Positions 26,913 through 32,000 of a stretch of 32,000 bases of DNA are shown here, one piece after another; position 1 is the stretch's first letter, and each line of letters opens with the position of its first letter. Origin of the DNA: Opitutales bacterium (GTDB lineage Bacteria; Verrucomicrobiota; Verrucomicrobiia; Opitutales; PNEW01); assembly GCA_965219535.1 (NCBI GenBank), contig CBDCNV010000001.1, positions 2,040,001-2,072,000 on the forward strand, read 5' to 3'. The position numbers and the translations under genes were made by a program. The notes beneath the pieces were generated by a model, which made no database searches, was not told the DNA's origin, and worked only from the letters and a program-made list of their open reading frames with translations.

Positions 26913-28448
26913 TTACGAGGCATTCATTCGCTTCACCACTTCCTGTCGTAAATCTCTTATTTGATTATCATAGTTTTCCCTCGCACGAGAAAGATTGTAG
27001 GAAAAATTCTCATGAATCCTCCGATTCGATTCTTGCAGCTGTTTTTCTGCTTCATTTCGCATGACTGCGATCATACCTTCTTGCTGTTTTCCAGCTTCTA
27101 TTATCTTAGCCAGCAATTCATTTCTTAAAGCTTGTGTTTGATGCTTAGTGTAATCTTTAAAATCTTCTAACCCGTTTTTCTGACTGTGCTCTACTCGAAT
27201 ACGACTAACTGCACTAATAATACTATCGTGATTATGCCGACTTGATTCCTGAATGCGTTTTTCCATTTCTTTTCGCATATCAGCTAATTTTCCCTGCTGC
27301 ATTTCTTCTACTGCCATTATCCTTGCAGATATATCTTCTTTAAGCGCGCGAGACTGTTTTCTTGCTAAACCCTTTAATGATTCAATCTCTCTACGTTCGA
27401 GTTCCGACGATTCAGTGCTGGCAGTTAAATATTTATCTCTCAAGCGATGCTCGGTTTCATTAAGTTTAATTGAATATTCGTGACGCAAATTATCGATCTT
27501 TCGCCCCTGCTTGCGGTCGATTATTTTAATAATCTGTGAAATATCCTCGCGAGATCTCTTCTCGCTCGCTTCTATTTGTTCATTTGATTTGTGCCTTAAT
27601 TTTTCACTTTCGCCTAATAACCGTTGCTCGGTTCTCTCCAGTAATTCTCGCGTCGTTTTCTCGCTCGCTTCTATTCGCTCAAGGGACTTATGACGTAATA
27701 TTTCATTTTCGCTTAATAACCGTTGCTCAGTCTTTTCCAGTAGTTCTCGCGCTGTTTTTTCACTACTACTTCCAATTTTATTGATAAGAGAAGATGTCGT
27801 CGCCTTAAGCGATCTTTGAAACTCCTGGCGCAAATGAAGTTCGTGCTCTATAAACTCTTTATGCCCTACTCTATCACTTTCCAGTTTATTTGAAATCACC
27901 ACAGCAGATTGAAGCTTTTTATCCAATTCATTGACTGTCTGATTGATATAGGCATCCAGCTGATAGTGTAATTGATTTTTCGTCTCATCCAAATATTGGG
28001 TCGAATGACGGTGCAAGGCATCCAAACTGCTGCCCAGCATATGCTGCATCGTCTTCTTTAAGTTGTCTCTTTCAGTCTCAACTTTTCTACTAATATCATT
28101 AATCCGCCTTGTGCTATCCTTACGGTGTTCGTCCAATCTCAAGTTGAATATGTTTCTTATGTTTTCAACAGATTCTTCAAAACCATGGTGAAAATGATAG
28201 CCTTGAGCCCGTTGATCATCGTCATAGCGTTGACGCTCAATAATAAGTCTTAATTCGAAAAGCCGAAATAATTTTACTGCGGTATAGATAATGAGTATGA
28301 TCGTTAATGCTGCCCCACCGGTCATATAAGCCCAGTTGTAATTAACATCAAACACGGACATCCCAAATACCATCGGCACTGAAAGGGCAAAAATATAAAA
28401 CCATACAGGATATATATCCGCTAAATGTACAGAGCTTCTTTTACTCAT
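26913..28448 (-). CDS. Module component B2: N-terminal two-helix membrane hairpin plus ~440-aa repeat-containing coiled-coil protein (unknown family)
   Basis: 511 aa. Hydrophobic segments lie at ~aa 14-33 and 41-60, flanked by basic residues on both sides. The rest is charged heptad-like sequence with internal repeats. The N-terminal ~90 aa are paralogous to ORF 29582-30544. The start overlaps the stop of ORF 28441-29265 by 8 nt. Confidence 0.8.
   Translation of the reverse strand: MSKRSSVHLADIYPVWFYIFALSVPMVFGMSVFDVNYNWAYMTGGAALTIILIIYTAVKLFRLFELRLIIERQRYDDDQRAQGYHFHHGFEESVENIRNIFNLRLDEHRKDSTRRINDISRKVETERDNLKKTMQHMLGSSLDALHRHSTQYLDETKNQLHYQLDAYINQTVNELDKKLQSAVVISNKLESDRVGHKEFIEHELHLRQEFQRSLKATTSSLINKIGSSSEKTARELLEKTEQRLLSENEILRHKSLERIEASEKTTRELLERTEQRLLGESEKLRHKSNEQIEASEKRSREDISQIIKIIDRKQGRKIDNLRHEYSIKLNETEHRLRDKYLTASTESSELERREIESLKGLARKQSRALKEDISARIMAVEEMQQGKLADMRKEMEKRIQESSRHNHDSIISAVSRIRVEHSQKNGLEDFKDYTKHQTQALRNELLAKIIEAGKQQEGMIAVMRNEAEKQLQESNRRIHENFSYNLSRARENYDNQIRDLRQEVVKRMNAS
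27546..27764 (-). repeat. In-frame 99-bp (33-aa) tandem repeat, two full units plus a partial third, inside B2
   Basis: Units are SEKTARELLEKTEQRLLSENEILRHKSLERIEA, SEKTTRELLERTEQRLLGESEKLRHKSNEQIEA and SEKRSRE... The two full DNA units (27567-27665 and 27666-27764) match at roughly 78 of 99 positions by hand alignment. Confidence 0.85.
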
Positions 28449-29265
28449 GAATAGTATTGATTTTTCCGAAGAGCAGTGGTTTGCAAAGACTAAGATGTGT
28501 CACCGCAACCCATTTTGTGTTTTCCATTTGAGCTTCAATCGTAATCGATGTGGAACCAAATGGCAGTTTAAATAAAAATTCAAATCCCGAATGCAGAATT
28601 TCATCTTCCGATTCAAACATATAGTCCAACTCTCTCCTTTCAATTAAATATTGGCTTTCGACAAACTTATCTCCTGCCTTACCGCGAATGTTTATAATCT
28701 TCGCACCATCTATTGAAAAGCACCAACCGCGAAGTCGAGTATTATTGCCATTTGATTTGTAATTCTCAGGTTCATCTAACTGAAAATTAAAACCATGATT
28801 CACTCGATAGCTATTACCATTAATTGCTTTATTTAATTTACTCCCGCCTTTAAGTATCGTCGCATCGGCAAGCGTGCCCCCAACAAAGGGGAACCAGCTA
28901 CTCGAGTTCATCTTTTTTACTTCGAGACTGAATGGAACTCTATCGGCAGTCATCGGAACTGAGAGATCAAAGCCAGAATGAATGATCGCTATTTTCTCAC
29001 CGAACGACATTAATTCAGACCTTTTAATCCCATAATTGCCTATGCTCTCATCTTCTTCTGTAACACAGCGTATTTCTGATATTTCAGCATAATCTTCAGA
29101 AAAGCACCATCCACTGATATAAGCTAATCGTTCATCGAGTGTAGATTTCCGCACTGTCTCTATCTCATAAATAAATCCATTATTCCCCAGAAACCCTGTT
29201 CCTTTAGGAGAAGTGGGTAGATACGGACTAAGACCCGTTAATGCTATATCTTCATTAGACAACAT
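28441..29265 (-). CDS. Module component A2: cytoplasmic protein with two tandem beta-rich GWCF...SGF domains (unknown family)
   Basis: 274 aa, no signal peptide or TM. Internal duplication: ISGWCFSEDYAEISEIRCV...YGIKRSEL...HSGFDLSVP...FSLEVKK versus RLRGWCFSIDGAKIINIRGK...YLIERRELD...HSGFEFLFK...ITIEAQME. Paralog of ORF 30537-31343. Confidence 0.8.
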   Translation of the reverse strand: MLSNEDIALTGLSPYLPTSPKGTGFLGNNGFIYEIETVRKSTLDERLAYISGWCFSEDYAEISEIRCVTEEDESIGNYGIKRSELMSFGEKIAIIHSGFDLSVPMTADRVPFSLEVKKMNSSSWFPFVGGTLADATILKGGSKLNKAINGNSYRVNHGFNFQLDEPENYKSNGNNTRLRGWCFSIDGAKIINIRGKAGDKFVESQYLIERRELDYMFESEDEILHSGFEFLFKLPFGSTSITIEAQMENTKWVAVTHLSLCKPLLFGKINTIHE

Positions 29266-29581
29266 AGCAGCAGAAAGTGAACCTCACAGTTTACGAAACG
29301 AAGATGACATATATCAATTTTATATTTCAGTAGATTGCTATAAGTCATGAGCGATGCCTATTAAAATTATTATATATGTTTTTATCCAATCACAAAAGAC
29401 TATTTACAGAAAACCTTTTTACATTCGGACTTCTGATTAACGCTTATACATTCTTTATATGTAAATAGAATGTATTGGGGTAGTAACAGAACTGCGTTTA
29501 ACTAACGCGTATAGCGGAAGAATCGGCTTCCTTAATCGATGATTAATTAAGGATAGTAACATTTATAAGAATATAGGTTTC

Positions 29582-30544
29582 TTATCGCTTCTTATTCCTC
29601 TTTTTTTTCACCCTCGATTTAGAGAGAGTACTTCTAAGTGTTGATACATTTTTACTTTTCCGGGAAGAGCCTTTCGGTTGCGTTTTTGTTTTTTTCTTAA
29701 CCGAGATACTTTTTTTTGTCTTCTTTTTCGTTTCCTTAACCTTGGATTTAGACTTCGTTTCCTTAGCTTTTTTACTTTGGCTTTTTTGTCCAACTACTTT
29801 TGAACGTTTAATCAAATTTCCATTAAGTTCTGCAATTGTATCTTCAATGGATTTTTTCATTTCCTTGCGAAATTGAACACTGAAATTTTCTAAATCTTTC
29901 TTTAGCAGGGTGTCTTTAAATTGCTTGTTCGCCTCGAGAGAAAACTGTTTAAGCTTACTCAACTTAGCATCCTGTTTGACTAAACTAGTATCAATTGATC
30001 TTTCGAGTTTATCAAAAGATTTTTGAATTTCTTCACGAAGACGGTCTCCGTGTCCAACGAGATCGTCTTCGTGGATTACATCTTTCAATTGCTTGTTTTT
30101 CTCTGATGCTAGAACTTTAATTTTCTTATCCAGGGCACGAAGCATTACCAGATTTTCCGCTTCAAGATCCTTGTGAAGCTTTTTCCTCGTTGATTCACTT
30201 TGCTCCGCTACCACCTTATTAAATTTATCCAAATGAGACGTAATTTCAGTTCGGTATTCATCAAAGGTACGTTTAAATTCTTTTCCAAAATTATATTCAA
30301 AATCTCTAAGGTCTTCCTTGTACCGACGATTCAAAATATCGATATGAGAATTACGCAGCTGTGAGGCTCTTATTGCAGTATAGGCGATGAGAAATATGGT
30401 AATTATTCCCGCGGCGAATATAAAAAAGGAAGCAAAGGGTATTCCTGTAATAGCCACGCCGAATAGCAGGGGAACCGCTGCGGCGAGACAAACAGCCCAT
30501 CGAGGATAACAATCAGATAAGAGGATCGATATTTTTTTATTCAT
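29582..30544 (-). CDS. Module component B1: N-terminal two-helix membrane hairpin, coiled coil and Lys-rich basic C-terminal tail (unknown family)
   Basis: 320 aa. Hydrophobic segments at ~aa 16-35 and 37-58, coiled-coil-like region at aa ~60-245. In the last 75 aa about 34 are K/R and only 2 are acidic (hand count). The N-terminus is paralogous to B2 (LSDCYPRW/LADIYPVW, VPLLFG/VPMVFG, YTAIR/YTAVK, NRRY/RQRY). Confidence 0.8.
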   Translation of the reverse strand: MNKKISILLSDCYPRWAVCLAAAVPLLFGVAITGIPFASFFIFAAGIITIFLIAYTAIRASQLRNSHIDILNRRYKEDLRDFEYNFGKEFKRTFDEYRTEITSHLDKFNKVVAEQSESTRKKLHKDLEAENLVMLRALDKKIKVLASEKNKQLKDVIHEDDLVGHGDRLREEIQKSFDKLERSIDTSLVKQDAKLSKLKQFSLEANKQFKDTLLKKDLENFSVQFRKEMKKSIEDTIAELNGNLIKRSKVVGQKSQSKKAKETKSKSKVKETKKKTKKSISVKKKTKTQPKGSSRKSKNVSTLRSTLSKSRVKKKRNKKR

Positions 30545-31343
30545 GAATAAAATTAACCTTACGCGGGAATAAAGGAAGACAGAGAGTTCCCTGAATTACC
30601 GTCAACCAATGTTCGTCCTCCAATTGCGCTTCGAGGGTAATTGGAGTTGTCCCTGGTCGAGGATTGAGAGAAATCTCAAACCCAGAATGGAATATTGTAT
30701 CGTTATCACCAAATTTTTCGATTAATTCAATACTTTCCAAATTGTATCTTCCCATGACACTGGAACGATCAGTGACACAACGAATACCTTTAATTGTTGA
30801 TAGGTCTTCATTAAAACACCACCCACGCAAATAATACTCAGAACCGTCGGCTTTTATATTTTCAGTCTCGTAGAGATTAAAAAGAAAACCATTTTTAACG
30901 CGGTATGGCTTACCATTCATATCGATGCGCTTATATATCCCTTCATCTTCTACAGTTTGTTGTTCACTGCCCAGCGCTCCCTTCATGACGATTAACCAGT
31001 CATCTGAACCATTTAATTTTGCTTCCAGGGTAAACGATAGCTCTCCGTCAGGTGCCGGTATGGAGATTTCAAATCCGGCATTAAGACTTGCATTAACTTT
31101 ACCAAAATTAACTAATTCAGTTCTCTTAATCCCGTAACGCGCAATAATTTCGGAATGTTCCGTTTGCAACCTGACACTCGTCACCTCGGTTAAGTTCTCT
31201 GAAAAACACCAGCCACTAATTATAAGAACACTATTATCGGTCGAAAAACTCCGCAGTGCGTCTAAATCATACAGAAACTCGTGATTTCCTTTTAACCCTT
31301 TTACTACCTTGTATAGGTTATCGCCTGTATTTTCTTCTGGCAT
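30537..31343 (-). CDS. Module component A1: cytoplasmic protein with two tandem beta-rich GWCF...SGF domains (unknown family)
   Basis: 268 aa, no signal peptide or TM. Two internal domain copies: ISGWCFSENLTEVTSVRLQ...YGIKRTELVNFG...NAGFEISIP...FTLEAKL and YLRGWCFNEDLSTIKGIRCV...YNLESIELIEKFG...HSGFEISLN...ITLEAQLE. Ends FIHE, with its TAA inside the B1 start region. Confidence 0.8.
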   Translation of the reverse strand: MPEENTGDNLYKVVKGLKGNHEFLYDLDALRSFSTDNSVLIISGWCFSENLTEVTSVRLQTEHSEIIARYGIKRTELVNFGKVNASLNAGFEISIPAPDGELSFTLEAKLNGSDDWLIVMKGALGSEQQTVEDEGIYKRIDMNGKPYRVKNGFLFNLYETENIKADGSEYYLRGWCFNEDLSTIKGIRCVTDRSSVMGRYNLESIELIEKFGDNDTIFHSGFEISLNPRPGTTPITLEAQLEDEHWLTVIQGTLCLPLFPRKVNFIHE

Positions 31344-31622
31344 TATCGATTGAAGTGTAGGGGATAAAAGTAAGATATCTTATTATCTCCGATGAGTTTA
31401 GCAATAATTTTGTACGGGTGAATGAGAAGAGTTGAATTTTGTAGAAATAATTTTACACCCTGGGATCGTTTAGGTTTTTGGTTCAGGATAATTTAATGAA
31501 GGGCGCGGCTCTCACACAAGGCGAACGGCGAAGTTCACAAACTTGTTTAATATCTGGATTTTAACTATCCGGAAATGAGTGACATATTGACTTAGTGAGA
31601 ATATATTTTAAAAAAAATATTT

Positions 31623-31922
31623 GTGAAACTGTTTAAGTTAATAGAGCCCTACGCCTCTCATATGAATAAATTTGGGATGATAGGATTTGTCGCGATGATT
31701 GGAATCAGCATTGCCAGCCTCAGGAAATTACAACTCGACATAGCACGGATAACACCACTTTTTTTCTTGGCATTCATATTCGGTTTTATCTGGTTGGTGG
31801 GGCACCATATCGAGAAAGCGGTAGAAAAAAGAGCGTTTTCGGAAGTCGATGAAGAAAAAATGGCGGAATTTCGAAAAAAACTGGCTGAGAGAAAATCCGA
31901 AGACGAATTTATAGACATTTAA
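31623..31922 (+). CDS. Small hypothetical membrane protein (two predicted TM helices plus charged C-terminal helix)
   Basis: 99-aa ORF from a GTG, or 86 aa from the ATG at Met14. Hydrophobic segments GMIGFVAMIGISIASL and ITPLFFLAFIFGFIWLVG, then EKAVEKRAFSEVDEEKMAEFRKKLAERKSEDE. Divergent from A1. Confidence 0.45.
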   Translation: MKLFKLIEPYASHMNKFGMIGFVAMIGISIASLRKLQLDIARITPLFFLAFIFGFIWLVGHHIEKAVEKRAFSEVDEEKMAEFRKKLAERKSEDEFIDI

Positions 31923-32000
31923 TACACGACTAATAATGCAAGATTGCGCCTTACAACGGTCCCAAGGAAAATACCGCAGCTAGCTATCTCCGAGAATATC

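Noticed and set aside
27546-27764. Possible CRISPR-like or non-coding tandem repeat
   Set aside because: The units are 99 bp, directly adjacent without spacers, in frame, and encode a sensible heptad-like 33-aa repeat within a long ORF. There are no cas genes.
27253-27784. Three plus-strand ORFs (27253-27483, 27511-27693, 27536-27784) with Ser/Leu/Phe-rich repetitive products
   Set aside because: They are antisense shadows of the E/K/R/L-rich coiled-coil gene B2, and their repetitiveness mirrors the 99-bp coding repeat.
29608-29793. 61-aa Lys/Arg-rich ORF in another minus-strand frame under the B1 tail
   Set aside because: It is a by-product of the AAG/AAA-rich sequence encoding the B1 tail. 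It is fully nested and has no independent start context.
31371-31382. Perfect 12-bp palindrome TAAGATATCTTA 28 nt upstream of the A1 start, with flanking GATAA/TTATC
   Set aside because: About 8 such 12-bp palindromes are expected by chance in this window. I could not find a matching element upstream of A2, so I do not call it an operator.

Overview
This looks like a chromosomal window from a Gram-negative bacterium. It carries the LPS heptose gene hldD, and most starts lack a clear Shine-Dalgarno. Gene content and several Lys-rich or coiled-coil proteins suggest a PVC/Verrucomicrobia-like organism, but that is only a guess. Bases 1-24.6 kb are mostly housekeeping genes with tight or overlapping junctions: a 5'-truncated SLC13/TrkA-C permease, an acidic secreted protein, a PD-(D/E)XK nuclease fused to an Fe-S XPD/DinG-type helicase, pyrR-pyrB-pyrC, CPBP protease-thiL-tsaE, fabG-acpP-fabF (minus strand), a CysJ-type flavoprotein without a flavodoxin domain, a pseudouridine synthase, folD, one intact IS1595-family (IS1016-like) insertion sequence with perfect inverted repeats and an 8-bp target duplication, a REC-histidine kinase fusion, proC, hldD, and an sdhC-sdhA-sdhB operon of non-classical type. 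Bases 24.6-32 kb are poorly characterised: acylphosphatase, two hypothetical genes (one resembling a divergent ECF sigma factor with a Cys-rich tail), and the most interesting locus. That locus is a tandemly duplicated two-gene module on the minus strand (26913-31343). Each copy encodes a cytoplasmic protein built from two copies of a beta-rich GWCF...SGF domain. Each is translationally coupled, through an identical 8-nt ATGA(A/G)TAA overlap, to a protein with an N-terminal two-helix membrane hairpin and a long coiled coil. One of the coiled-coil proteins ends in a histone-H1-like Lys-rich tail. I could not assign either protein to a known family. I saw no rRNA, tRNA or CRISPR array by eye. 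All percentages and counts are hand counts and should be recomputed.
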